From NCBI GenBank assembly GCA_002104905.1, contig MCFE01000182.1, positions 76,982 to 140,981 on the forward strand: 64,000 nucleotides of DNA, read 5' to 3'. Below, piece by piece: positions 25,894 through 38,153 of the stretch. The stretch comes from Basidiobolus meristosporus CBS 931.73 (lineage: Eukaryota > Fungi > Basidiobolomycota). How positions within the stretch are numbered: position 1 is the first letter of the stretch; each line of letters starts with the position of its first letter. The notes under the pieces are model-generated. The model was not told the origin of the DNA and did no database searches. It saw nothing but the letters and a program-made list of their open reading frames with translations. Position numbers and translations under genes: made by a program.

Positions 25894-26484
25894 ATCCGGA
25901 ATATAATAGGAGTGGCGGATAGTACAAAACGGAGGGGGATATTTAGCTTTGGGGTGTATTTGACAGGACTTTGGTTTATTGAGGCTTTGGATGGAAAAAT
26001 AGGGTAAGTAGCAAGAACCTTCTAAATAAGAAAGGGTGAAGAAAAGAGGTTAGCAGACACCCCATACCCACGGACATCCAAAAAAATCTCCATGATTTTC
26101 CGGGGGTTTTTTCCGGATTGTGAACCACCCATGTCTCACGCGTGCAACACTCGAATAACGCGACGTTTTGGCTCTGGCTGATTCAGATCTCCCTGATCAA
26201 TCAACCCCCACCCTCGAGAAACACACCTAATTATGCCATGACGTGATTGCGCAGATATGTTTGTTACTTGAGGCATGTGGGCAACGCTGGTCATGACATG
26301 CCTTATGCCTACAGTTCAAGGTGGGGATCAGGAAGAATGCTCGCCAAGAATGGGAAAATGAAAATACCAACAATGCGAATTTTGGTTATTAAACATTAAA
26401 GTATATTAGAGGTGCCATACACAGATATACAACTAAAGTGGCAAACGCGGTTGATTCCGACAAAACAAGATACCCCCAACGGGT

Positions 26485-27214
26485 TTATTCCTTGCGCGCC
26501 TTCTTCTTCGAGGGCGACAGTTCCTCCAGCTGCGCGCGTAGCTGCTCGTTCTCAGCCTTGAGGATCTCCACTTGGTTGCTCAACTCGTTGATCGCCTGAT
26601 CGGTCAGTAGCTTCTCCAGCGTCCACTTCTCGATGTTGGTGGATTCGTTGTCCTTCAGCTGCTGGATGTATTGCACGGCCCGACTTAGGATGCTCCCCTT
26701 ATTCTTCTCGCACCCGGGGACCAACTTGGCTATCTCGTTGATCCCTTCGTTGATGGTTTCTCTGCGCCTGCGTTCTACCTCTTTGTGACTTTCGCGACGA
26801 AGTCGATGCCATTCGTCACTACCAACCGGTGGCTTTTGTTTCGGCAGTTCCCCGGAGCTAAAGGGATAGTGCAGTTAGCGATCTATGAACGTCCTTGGTT
26901 ATCACCAGCCAACTGTCATCCTACTTGGAATCCATCCTCTCTTTTGAGCCGGACTCGGTTGCTGTCAGCAGTGATTCATGAGCCAATGCCTGGTGTGAAA
27001 CTGCTTGCTGAGAAAGCTCATCAGCCCAATGCTGCTGTGTGATGAGTTGGTTCTGCAGGTGGTTGTGGGATGTCTGTGAAACCTCCTTAAGATGATGCTG
27101 GATGGACGGTGGAAAGCACAGAGAAAAGGGTTAAAAGACAACGTTCTGGCAAGGCCGGAAAGGGAAAAGCTAAATGGGAAGTACCAATTCGAGAGTAGCA
27201 CCGTTGCTTGACAT
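26485..27214 (-). CDS. CBF1: bHLH-ZIP transcription factor Cbf1-like
   Basis: GSDEWHRLRRESHKEVERRRRETINEGINEIAKLVPGCEKNKGSILSRAVQYI...NIEKWTLEKLLTDQAI; 5' exon (MSSNGATLE) is inferred. Confidence 0.9.
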
Positions 27215-27702
27215 GGGAAGGCGTGTATAAATTATTTACCAAATAAGAAACGCGTGTTGTTGTTGGTGGAATGGAAACGTGATATCTCTGGTCACAGGAC
27301 TTGGGACAACGGGAGTAGAGCGAAGGTCAGGCTTACCTTATTTTGATCGATTTATTTCAATTTGACCCACTTTGTGACTACTGAGGTTTTCTTCATGCAA
27401 ATCGCAGAGGGGTCGCAATGGGCGGGCGGAGAAACAGGATGATTTGGAGCAATCGGACACCCCAATCATCTGGCAGCGTTGCCCAGTGAAACGCGCAACC
27501 CTAACCCCGGGACTGAAACACCGCGGTGGTTCCACCCAATCCATAAGATGCCAATTAATCAAACCGAAACCACGACACTGTCTGGCTCAGGAAAACCTGT
27601 CACTGACCTCAAACACTCATCTATTAAAAGAGACCGAGTGGATCTTGCAACCAGGAGACTGAGTGGATCTTGCAACCAGGTGCGGACCAACTCCCTTGAC
27701 GA

Positions 27703-28262
27703 ATGCTTTTACTGACGAGCTGGATCTGGCTGGTTGGGCTGATGTTGACTCACGCCCTGGTGGAGATTGTGATCACTCGACCCACAAATGAAACCCTGAC
27801 CGCAAGCACGCTGAACCTCATCACATGGTAGATCCTTTCGGTCAGTTGTCTCGAGAATCCGCATCGTAACCTTGCCTGTTCTGTAGGAGAGTGTCTGGGT
27901 CGACGACCAGTGATGAGGTCAGGAGTCTGGGAGAAACCCATTTTAACCTGGTTAGGAAGGACGAGGATGACAAGCCTCACAAAATCCTGAGCATCGGCGG
28001 GGTGACCGATCTCTACTCAAGGCAGTACAAATGGTTCGTTCCGCCCGACCTCGATCTCGACAGCAAGTATGCAATCCAGGGAGTCCTGGACGATCACGAC
28101 GGGCACACCGAGGTGTTCTCCCCCTATTTCTCCATCCGTCCCCTGGGATCGAACGCAACCAGGCCTGCCACCACATCCGCCAACTCCATTAGCCATGCGA
28201 CACTACTGTTGCCTGGGGCCGTAGTCAACGCAATGGCGGTTGCCTGTTGGCTGTTTGCGTAG
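27703..28262 (+). CDS. Secreted, probably GPI-anchored Ser/Thr cell-wall protein (Kre9/Knh1-like N-terminal domain)
   Basis: Signal peptide MLLLTSWIWLVGLMLTHA; intron after ITW; Y.W.VP.DL....Y motif; S/T linker and hydrophobic C-terminus. Confidence 0.65.
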
Positions 28263-28411
28263 ACGCACTTGAATACATACCAGCAATCCCATGGGCTTAC
28301 TTGTTTATTTATGGCAACAATAAATCCCTCGTCCGAATCGATGAATTAGTTTACAATGGGCGTACATGGCTATTTACACGTGGAGCTAGAGTACAATTAG
28401 GCTGGGTTGGT

Positions 28412-29437
28412 TTAGCGGCAGCTGATCTCTTGGGGGTGGTATGGCGGAGGGCAGAGCTCAGGGTCAGGAGTTGCGTACATTGGTGGCGAGCTTGAAAGCT
28501 CATGCTGTGCGTGGGATTGTACGACAAACGGGATGTCAATGTAGAAATACCAGCGTTTCTGGAAGGTGTCCATCAGCCTAACTTTGGCTACTATTGCATG
28601 TGAAATTGTGATGATGTCGGAGCTGCAGTCGCAATGGGTGCTCTTCGGCGTGGTTATGGTGGCTTGGAGCTCCATTTTTTCGCTATGCGACTTGAAGCCC
28701 AAGGCTTTCCGACTGATCTTCTCGCTGTCACAGATTGGCTGGTTGCGCGGGCCCACGTAATTGGCGAGCTCGACAACACTCAGGTTGATCTCGGTAATGC
28801 GAAACTCCTTGCTCTTGGAGAAAAATTTGAAGTTCACTGGGATGGTCTCGCCTGGAGTGTATCTCCCTTTTTCCAGCGACATGTTGTAAAACAAGGACTT
28901 GGCCCAAATGCCAAGGCTGTTAGTGACGCATCTTTCATCCGCCTTCGGGGAGAGTGCTCTCTGGATCCGAAGTGTGCGGCGACCTTTGATGTTCCAAAGT
29001 AGTGGTCTTTCAATCACCGCGGTCAGTTTGTAAGATACACGGCAATTCGGGACATCCGCGGAGTCCGGGAGGTCTCCTTTGAGCGCAAATTCGAACGGAA
29101 ACTGATGAGTCTTTACATCAAGGAGGGGCTCGTTGTCGCTGGGCTTCCACAGAACCCAAGATTGGTTCACGGTGGTTATCTTCTCCCAGATTTCTGCGAC
29201 ATGCAAGTTAGCGAGTGCGGGACTTGAAATCGATTCCAAAATAGAGGATGCAGTACCTTTGATTTTATGATTCTCCACCTTTCCTTCCAGCTGCAGGGTT
29301 ACGCACTTGGCATTCAAAGGCTTGGTAGGCGTAAACGTCACGAAGCCACTCACGATCTTCCCCACGGATTCATCAGGAGTCCCATGCAAGACCACCGGAT
29401 CCTCGACCAAGTGGATGCACACCGTGCTGTTGTACAT
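28412..29437 (-). CDS. Alpha-arrestin (ART family)
   Basis: HLVEDPVVLHG, HQFPFEFALKGDLPDS, YKLTAVIER, C-terminal PPMY and PPPY motifs; intronless. Confidence 0.88.
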   Translation of the reverse strand: MYNSTVCIHLVEDPVVLHGTPDESVGKIVSGFVTFTPTKPLNAKCVTLQLEGKVENHKIKGTASSILESISSPALANLHVAEIWEKITTVNQSWVLWKPSDNEPLLDVKTHQFPFEFALKGDLPDSADVPNCRVSYKLTAVIERPLLWNIKGRRTLRIQRALSPKADERCVTNSLGIWAKSLFYNMSLEKGRYTPGETIPVNFKFFSKSKEFRITEINLSVVELANYVGPRNQPICDSEKISRKALGFKSHSEKMELQATITTPKSTHCDCSSDIITISHAIVAKVRLMDTFQKRWYFYIDIPFVVQSHAQHELSSSPPMYATPDPELCPPPYHPQEISCR

Positions 29438-29857
29438 TATATAAGAGTAGGCGGGGCGGAAGTTGAGGGTCCGTTGCGCGCATTGGTGTTTATATAGCGG
29501 AGAGCAATGCCCCGAATAGCAAATCCCCATTGATGACCCAGCTTTTGGCTCATCGAATTCCACAGCAGGACAAATTAAGAGATTCATTCAGCTTGAAAAA
29601 CTAGTATATTTTTGGACACCAATCACTCCCTATTTTGGGCCGCAAGGTCCCATCCAATTCGTGGATTCTGACCATCGCATTTATCCTAGTTTAGCAGGAG
29701 GGAGTTGTCAGCAACAATGCTCTCCTTAGACCTTAGATGCTGGACTGGTATCTGTTGCCGTTCCCGTTCCGTTCCGTTTCCGTAGTTTGTAAATTATGTG
29801 CATCATTCGTATTTAGACTATGGATGCCAATGTGGTTTATTTGGAAATATGCGGTAA

Positions 29858-31030
29858 TTAATGTTTCTTGGCGGCCAGCAAATAGTTGACTTCGGTGCTG
29901 AAGGGCGTCCCCTTACTTAGCAGCTCCCAGTTTCTCCTCAACGGGTTGAACCAGATCCCGGTGACATCAGCGACGGTACAGCCGGATTCCTGGACAGCTT
30001 GTTGCAGCTCGCTTGGTCGAATGTACTTCTTGATATCGTGGGTGCCGGGTGGTACAAACTTGAGCACTTGTTCAGCTGCAAAGATGGTTAATGCATAAGC
30101 CAAAGGGGTGCGGTTCATGGTCGATAGGACCAGCATGCCATTGGGCTAGAGGGGGGGGGGGTGTTAGTAAACGACAACCTCTTTGACTATCTTGTCTGCT
30201 GAGTACCTTCAACAAATCAACACAGCTTTGAAGAAATTGCTTGGGGTCGTTCACGTGCTCAAGCACCTCCATGGAGCACACCACATCGAATTGCTCGCCA
30301 TCCTCCACCATTTGTTCTGGATTACAACGTGTCAATGACTCGCCATATATGCACAAGAGCCGGGATGCTACATACCAACGGTGTATTCTCGGTATTGAAT
30401 AGCCCCGGGTCCGCTGAGTAACGCCGGGTCCTTTTTCGCGTGAAGCTTGGCGATTTCGATGTTGGATTTCGCGGCATCCAGGCCTGTAACGTCACCACCA
30501 AGTCGTGCCAGGGACTAGAATCAACAAGCTTTAGCAACCATGAAGCACCCTGACACATGCACTGGCCCCAGCGATCCTCAGCCCTACCTCAGTCAGTAAA
30601 CCGCCTCCACAGCCTGCGTCCAGCATGCGAAGACCCTTGAAAGGGAAGGCAACATCTCTATTCTCATTAAGGATCCCGCTCTCGATACAATTTCGGATGT
30701 ATTCGACTCGTGGTGGGTTCATAAGGTGTAACATTTGGCATTCCCCTACAGGATCCCACCAAGACTCGCTCATGGCGCTGAATTTGCGAATTTCATCCTC
30801 ATTGACGGTGCTTCGTTGAATGTCCTGGAACGCTTTAGGATTGGTTTCCGAGGAGAGGGGTGTGGTGGCAGTTGAGAAGCGTTTGGGAAGAATGCTACTG
30901 AAGTAACAAGAGAGCTCTAGTTAAGCCACACACTCCAAAGAAAACTGGCAGTTTACCTAGTTCTACACAGCGTGCTCGGCGAAAAGAGTCGAGCAGTAAG
31001 AGGTAGTCGTACACTGCAAAGCCGGTTCAT
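29858..31030 (-). CDS. COQ3: Ubiquinone biosynthesis O-methyltransferase, multi-exon
   Basis: WWDPVGECQMLHLMNPPRVEYIR, LDAGCGGGLLTE, FDVVCSMEVLEHV, LSTMNRT, GTHDIKKYIRPSEL. Confidence 0.93.
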
Positions 31031-32430
31031 ACTCGATTGTTGGTCACTCCGTGGTGGGTGAGAAAAGGGAGCAGACGAATATAGCCACCATTTCGCAGTC
31101 TAGTTCCAACATAGCATCATCGCAATGACAAATTTTTTGTTCACCCACCTGGAGCAGTCTTAAGGTCCACGTAAATCTCGGTCGCCATTCTCAGTTGGAT
31201 GGAGCACCATTGGTGTGAATCCAAAATTAAAAATTCCTTCCGATTTGAAATCTGACCTGCTTCCATTAAATCCGGTTTTTTTGGCGAATGTCGAGGTTTT
31301 GCCTGTTGCCTTCCTCTACGTGTATTCTGTTCAGAGTGCACCCAAAAGCATCTGAATTACCCAAGAGGATTGTTCCCAGTCTAGTCAATACTGAGTATGA
31401 GCGCGTCAGCAAAGAAGTTGCGTAGGGGTCAGGTGGAGGAGGAAGATGCTTCCCAGTTAAAACTTGGCGAAGGTGCGTTCGTGAATACTCATAAATAGAT
31501 CTTCGAGCGACAACAGATCCATCTGGCTCTTGACCTTTGCAAGGACCCGGCCAAATAGCCAGTTTACTGATCCCTCTCTTCAATAGAGTTTCAAAATGCA
31601 CAATGTTTGTTTATCTCCGAGGTTAAGATTCTATTAGAGGCTCAAAGAGATGCCAAGGTCGATGAAGTTGGGGAAAAATCGCTGACTAGGTTGGTTGCTC
31701 AGAACACAGCGCTTTCGGTGGCGTTTTCTTTTGAATCCAGCACTCAACCAGCCAAACCTCTTGTTTGCTATTTCAGTGTTTTTCAAAAAACCATGAACTA
31801 CGTCCAGCAGTTTAGCAGATTCACCAATCGGGATACAGTGCGTGAAGTTCGACAGTAAGCGGCACTCTTCGGCTTTGCAAGTTGCTGTCGATCTCCTTGG
31901 CTAATAGAGTTTCGTCTCCAGGTTACTTTCCAAGCAACAACTCGAGCAATTTGAAATGGCTCAAATCGCCAATCTTGTTTGCGAAGATTCTGACGAAGCC
32001 AAGGCTTTGGTCCCAAGGTAAACACCAAGCTCAATCCATGGGGTCAAAGCGAACCTAGGCTAACTTCAGTTCCATCGCAGCTTAACCGCACGAAAAGACG
32101 ATGACGGCCTTCAGGCACTTCTGAACGAGATGTTGACATTGAAAAAGTTCCAAAGCTAAACCAGGGCTGGTGGAAATCACAAATACACATCGAGTTCGCT
32201 TTCTCTTGCCAGGATTCACAGCAGTTGGAAGAAAATATCCCCGACATTTTTATTGTATAGCTTTTTTAACCGTAACTCTTACTTCTGTCACTTGTCCTAG
32301 TTCTTAGCTATGTTTAGTTCAATCTTTCATTTACTCGATAAATATTCCCTTCCAGGAACACCAGTTCACTTCTTATGCACATGCACATCTGGCTAGTACC
32401 GTTGCTTTATTGTCTCTTTATCTCGATGGG

Positions 32431-33159
32431 CTAAGCACTGAAAGGGTTAAAGATATGAATGGTTCTGTTAACATCCAGGAGATCGATAGCCTTCTTCCCA
32501 TCTTTTCTACGCAATTGAAGTGTGTAAGCTGTAGCCAAGGCAGCAACCATCCCTTTGAGCAGGTCTTTCCAGGTTTCTCCACGATCCAACAGGCAGTTGA
32601 GGAATGGAAGGAGGGCGGCCTTGATGGGTATGAACACCATCACCTTGAATACGCGCTTAGGGGCGATCATGCCCATGAGGAAGCTGTGCGCATACGCCAG
32701 CTTGGTGGCCATGGGAGTGAACCCTTGGCCGTAGGTACCACGCTTTGTAAATTTGTATTCCAGAAGCTCGATTCCAATCAATGTGAGAGCTGAGATAAGG
32801 TTGGCATGGATAAGCTTGTTGGTCAATAGGGCTCGCTTGGCACGTAGGAGTAGTGACTTGGGGGAGTTGGGGTGAGTTATCTCTTCGAGGGTGCCGGGGA
32901 GATTAGGCTGGTTAAGTGTACTTTTCATCTCTAAATCAAGGGCACTCTCGAAAGTCAAAAGCTGATAACTAGCTACCAGAGAAGATACCGGGGTTTGACC
33001 CAGCAGCAGAAAGCCGCTTAAGCTTCTCCACCATTCCCAGGCGGGCTTGCCAATCAAATAGGGATGGAAAGCCAGCAGACGGAAAATGGCGGGTTCTCTC
33101 TGCGCATAGAGAGAAATTCCTAACGCAGTAGAAGCGTGAAGTATCGGAAAAGTGGTCAT
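32431..33159 (-). CDS. Derlin/Der1-like membrane protein
   Basis: EWWRSLSGFLLLG...YQLLTFESAL, several hydrophobic helices, IPIKAALLPF, LKGMVAALATAY resemble the Der1 pattern; divergent. Confidence 0.55.
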   Translation of the reverse strand: MTTFPILHASTALGISLYAQREPAIFRLLAFHPYLIGKPAWEWWRSLSGFLLLGQTPVSSLVASYQLLTFESALDLEMKSTLNQPNLPGTLEEITHPNSPKSLLLRAKRALLTNKLIHANLISALTLIGIELLEYKFTKRGTYGQGFTPMATKLAYAHSFLMGMIAPKRVFKVMVFIPIKAALLPFLNCLLDRGETWKDLLKGMVAALATAYTLQLRRKDGKKAIDLLDVNRTIHIFNPFSA

Positions 33160-33602
33160 TTCCGCTCGTGACACACCTCCGCCTTTAAGACGTAGAACTG
33201 GTGAAGTCTCTTCTTGGTGGGGGAGTGCCAAAGCCAAGCCTAAGCTTGCGTTTTTGTGACACAAGAGGTGACGGGACCTGATAAGTTCAAGGGCTAGAGG
33301 AAAGGAAGGAGTGATTAAAAATCATGGCACGTTACGTAGCAAAGATGGAATACCTTGGTTATGGTGCATGCTGTTGGAACGGCCAAGTGATTAGAGGTCA
33401 ACAAGAATTTATGCTTCTCCAGACCAATGTGACGTGTATGAAGGTTCAATATCCACCAGATGATTCACTTTGATTAATCCAATTGATTCCCACACAATTT
33501 AGCCCTCTAGCCCCTAAACCTATAGTTATTCCAAAATTGATCACTGTTTTCATAGAAATTCCGGTAGCAATCAATCGCGAACGCTTCCAGGCTTGAGCAA
33601 AC

Positions 33603-36006
33603 ATGAAACTTCTGACGCCTAGGTTGGTCCTAGTGGCAGTAGCGCTTCTCCAGAGTGTAAGCGCGAGCTCCCAGACTTGGGATTCCTTCACGGAGAAGCT
33701 TCTCCTTAAGCCACTGCAAGATGGAAAGCTATTATCAAACTTCCAATTCACCACGAAATTAGGCCTTGATTCGTTGGAAAATAACCAAAGTACGTGAGCC
33801 AAAGGCCGCACTACCCTATTTCCTTGGAATCTTCACTTACACATGCCTTCGATGGTTTTATAGTATACCATTATAATTTGTTTCCTCGCTCAATCGGGCA
33901 AATCATCCAACGCTTTGATGTCAGCGAAGTCCATCTCACGTTCACCCAAGGCGAATGGGATACAGAGAACTGGGGCTATCCAGTTGCCTCTTCCTCCGGC
34001 ACCGGAGTAGAGCTTTGGGGGTGGTTCCGAAACTCTAGCAAGTACGTTGGCTCATTTACCTAGCCTGCGATCTAGAAGATTGTTACTTAACATTCTTGGC
34101 ATACTCGCCAACAGCGTGGAAGAGAATTGGAAAGGACTGACCAATTCTTTGGCTGGGCTTTATTGTGCTTCGTTGAATTTTATTGATGATACCATCACCG
34201 TGGAGCCTAAATTGTCCTTCCGCCCAGAGGGTTTCGGTGGAGAAGGTAAATCGCACACCATTTCGGACAAAGAATCAACTGAATAACATCCGTCCGCAGT
34301 ACGTAACGACCAGACACTTCGTTACGGAATCCTGCCGCATGAAAATGTTTGTACCGAGAATTTGACACCATGGATCAAGCTACTTCCTTGCCAGATGAAG
34401 GTAGGAAAAGGGATTTTCTAGTGGTCATCACACCGCCATCTCATGAAGCCTGTTCTAGTCTGGTCTGTCGTCCTTACTTAACGCTCACAAGATATACGAC
34501 ACTGACTTCCATTCTATGAGGATGCAAGTCAAGCCGGTATGCGAGGTAAGTGTCTGGTATTATTAGCACAAGTGCTTCTAGAGTTGGCTAACCAAGATAT
34601 CACAGAATGATCTGTGCAACAAAGGCTACCTCGAACTTGTGCAGACCATCACTGTGGTTTCCAATCCCACCAGAACCACAGGAAGACGCGGTCAGTCCGA
34701 TTGTGTAGGAAATACCACAAAGCATATACTCATCGGTCCTTCTCTTATAGACTGGTCCTTGCAGTCATTGTTTGGCCGTTCACTGGTATCGTCTTGTGCC
34801 GTCGCCTCGGAGAGCGAAATTCGAGTGATTTTGCCCGAGGAGGAGACGTTCAATATACAGCCCACTCCTTCTCGGAAATCTCGGGAGCAAATCACGAAGT
34901 CTCTTGGAAGGGATTTGGCTATTTACGACTTGAAGAGAGGTAAGGACAGTGACTGCGGGCCAAGTGCCAAGCGCCAAGCAGGGACTAACTATCACCGAAT
35001 CTAGACTTCGCTAGCGGACTGGACGTCTCGATGACATGGAATGAGCCGCACTTCCAATACCGTAAGCGCAGCAATATCAGCACCGCCTCATTGATAACTG
35101 CTAACCCCTACTAGCTCTTGACGCGCCCAAACCACGGCTATATGCTCACCGATACTTTACTGGTAGGTGCAACACACCTCTCCACTTTCCAGCGGCTTAC
35201 TAAGTGAGATTGTACAGGCTATGGCCAGGAGAAGGGGGGGATAGCAGTGACGATCACAAACAACGAGATTGAGCCAATCACGGTGACCTATTTTGATAGT
35301 TTGCCATGGTATCTGAAGCTGTACCTCCATACGCTGAAAGTCTCGGTCAATGGGCAGGATAGGAGGGATGACCCGGCCATCATCAAGCAGATGTATTACC
35401 AGCCAGCGATAGACAGATCCCGCCCAACGGTGTTGGAGATGAACATCACTCTTCTACCATTGACAGTCACCACATTGTCGATGGACTTTGACCGGGTGTT
35501 TTTGAAGTACACAGAGCATCCACCGGACGCCAACAGAGGATTCAATATCGGGTAACAACGAGTCAATCACCCCAAGTGCGATCCCATTTAACCCTAGCCT
35601 TATCTCAACCATAGCCCCGCCATTCTGTCCGCTGAGATTGAGTACGGGAAAGATTTCCTAGCTCCAGAAGGCACCGAGTATCTGTCGTCCGGGATCGATT
35701 GGTATTACTGTTCAGAAATTGCCATGTCCTCGCCCACTTACTGAACCAATTCGTAGGTCCAAGGAGAGGTTCCAAGTAAGGCTGTACACCGAAACCCTGC
35801 TCGTTAGTCTGCCCACGCCCGATTTCAGTATGCCTTACAACGTCATCACCCTTACATGCACGGTTATTGCTTTGTTCTTTGGATCCATGTTCAATCGCGT
35901 GACCCGGAAATTCAACGTGCTAAATGTGGCCGAGCCAAAGGGTGCCAGCAAGCCCGAAGAGCAACAGAAGGCTGGTGTCGCTGTAGAGCAGGCGGCGTCC
36001 GAGTGA
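33603..36006 (+). CDS. GPI16: GPI transamidase subunit PIG-T, multi-exon
   Basis: Signal peptide; FPRSIGQII...LTFTQGEW; [20 protein letters not shown]; [17 protein letters not shown]; [19 protein letters not shown]. Confidence 0.95.
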
Positions 36007-36418
36007 TCTGTTTCTCACGGAATCACCCAATAAACATCACCTTATCTGTATCCAATGGAAACCATGAATCTCAGTAATATTCGGTCTTTGGAGCATATCT
36101 CATACAGCATTGTGTGGGCCCTTTTCCACACCCCCCCACAGGCAGATTAATTTGGCACCTGCAATGAAATGCTACTAATTAAATCTTGACCCCAATTCCA
36201 GCACCAAGTCCTCAACGTATTGATGAGCAAACTCACTCCTATACTTCCCCCCGTAGCCTTAAAACCAACTCATGCAACCATTCCCGATCCCCTTCCTAGC
36301 TAGCATGATTGAATAGGGGCTATGCAGTGGATATCCAACGTTAAATACTCCAAGGATGCTGAGAACTCTAGCCAGCTACCACCTGTCTCCTCCAGTTTTC
36401 CATTAGATTCCCCCAAAG

Positions 36419-36670
36419 ATGTCTATTTTATACACACTCCTGTTCCTGGTTTTGTGCCTTGCGGTTGTCCTGTCTCACCCAATCAGCGTGTATGACTACA
36501 CCTACGAGCCTATTGCCATTGACCAAGCAGACAAGTTGAAATTCCAGTCGAATGGTGAACAAATCCAGAATACCTGGAGAAGCAGCGAGGTGTTTGAGTT
36601 CGACGAGAAGTTGGATGCGGAGGATTTCGATGATACCGACTTCTATGGCGAGGACGCGGAGTATTACTAG
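36419..36670 (+). CDS. Small secreted acidic/aromatic protein (83 aa)
   Basis: ATG start, hydrophobic signal peptide, D/E/Y/F-rich tail. Confidence 0.6.
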   Translation: MSILYTLLFLVLCLAVVLSHPISVYDYTYEPIAIDQADKLKFQSNGEQIQNTWRSSEVFEFDEKLDAEDFDDTDFYGEDAEYY

Positions 36671-36950
36671 ACATGTAAAGATGGACCAGATTAACCCCTA
36701 GATATCCTCCTGATTCCCCTTTTGCTTAGACAAGAGATACAGTATAAAATGCGTCTTTACCATCCACCCAGTTGTTTATATAGTACTTTGTTATTTCTGA
36801 GCCGAATAAACCAAGCCAATAATCTATTTTGATTTAGTTTAGTGTCCTCCTCTTCTTCGCCCGCCTCTCTGAAATGCGTTTACCATCCTCCTAGTAGTGT
36901 ATGGAGTACTCCATTTACTAACCGAAGTAATCTTCATAACTTATCTTTAT

Positions 36951-37286
36951 TTATTCTTTTTTACCCTCCTCTTCCTCTTCCGAGTCCGCCTCTCCACCCT
37001 CCTCATCGTCTCCTTCCCATTCCTCTTCCTCTTCCCCTTCTCCGTTATCATCATCATTGTGTTCTTCTGCCTCAGGTTGAGCAGATTTAAAGCTATGACG
37101 ACTTCCATTGTAGTTATTACCGGAGGTTGATCGTTTTGCTATCCAGGTGGTACTTTTCGGATAGGAGCCCACGGAACCATTGGATGGGTTTTCACCTTCA
37201 CCTACACTCGCACCGTAATGCTCGTAAGTAGGGGCGGCACTCACAGTAAGCACATAGAAAAGGGACAATAGGGGAATCAATCTCAT
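36951..37286 (-). CDS. Small secreted protein with acidic low-complexity tail
   Basis: MRLIPLLSLFYVLTVSA signal peptide; E/D/G-rich C-terminus; possible introns unresolved. Confidence 0.5.
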   Translation of the reverse strand: MRLIPLLSLFYVLTVSAAPTYEHYGASVGEGENPSNGSVGSYPKSTTWIAKRSTSGNNYNGSRHSFKSAQPEAEEHNDDDNGEGEEEEEWEGDDEEGGEADSEEEEEGKKE

Positions 37287-37541
37287 GGCAGGCAATCGCT
37301 TGGTATACTTCATGTTCAAAGAGGCCCGGTCTTTTTATATGCGATCTCGTCTGGCAATTCCAACCTGTATGCATAGCGGCTGAACCCGAAATCCCCGATG
37401 TCTTTGCAGTAAGCAATACACAGCATTATTCAGTTCAATTCATTTATTGATTCTCTAAAGATGCCCATAAATGTGGTATCAACTTACAATCTATGTAATT
37501 CCGGTGATACATACTGAAAAAAAATCCCCATCACCAGTGAT

Positions 37542-38153
37542 CTATGGGAATGCGTAAACGCCTGGAGTACAGGAGGTGCGAGTAATGTCAACGACGTTGA
37601 GGCGGTTTCCGTACTGGTTGTCGATCTCGACATAGTACTTCTCAAGACCGACCATGAAGTCAATTTGATGGTTGCTGAGTCCCCAACCTTGATCATCGAC
37701 ACGGACACATCCGTTGTGGATCTGACCATCGGGCAATTGAACTCCCTTAAGTTGCTTCACCATCAAGGTAGTACCGCGGGGAATGTTGTTGGCTGCAACA
37801 CTGACAAAAGGTACGAGTGCGTTGTCCCAGGCACCCAAGCCATAAGGATAGAGGGTCTTGTTAAGGTAAGAGAAGCAGCTATAGCCACCATCGCAGCTAC
37901 ATTGAAGATTGATCACATCACCATTGTTCAAGATAGCAGTTCCTTCCATGCGGGCAGCTTCGGCGAATTCGTGGCTGACTGTAGCTAGAGTCTCACCGGA
38001 GCAGGTTTGGATTTCGATGTCCTGGGGGCCAGAGAAATCACTCTCTTCCGAGATCCAGTAGTAAGTCAAATCAACTCTTCTGGCCAAAGCCAAGGACTGG
38101 AAACAGGCCAAGGCGAGAAGGGTGAACATAAAAAGCTTCGAGGCGGTAGACAT
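37542..38153 (-). CDS. Secreted 3D-domain (MltA-B/DPBB-like) protein, copy 1 (divergent paralog)
   Basis: Signal peptide; TYYW, MEGTAIL, PFVSVAAN..PRGT, GCVRVDDQGW...QIDFMVG; intronless. Confidence 0.75.
   Translation of the reverse strand: MSTASKLFMFTLLALACFQSLALARRVDLTYYWISEESDFSGPQDIEIQTCSGETLATVSHEFAEAARMEGTAILNNGDVINLQCSCDGGYSCFSYLNKTLYPYGLGAWDNALVPFVSVAANNIPRGTTLMVKQLKGVQLPDGQIHNGCVRVDDQGWGLSNHQIDFMVGLEKYYVEIDNQYGNRLNVVDITRTSCTPGVYAFP

Noticed and set aside
27636-27680. 20-bp direct repeat (gagtggatcttgcaaccagg x2) upstream of the GPI-type gene
   Set aside because: A simple local duplication with no further structure.
31141-32247. Gene between COQ3 and the derlin-like gene
   Set aside because: Several 65-110 codon frames on both strands, but no recognisable motif or consistent exon chain.
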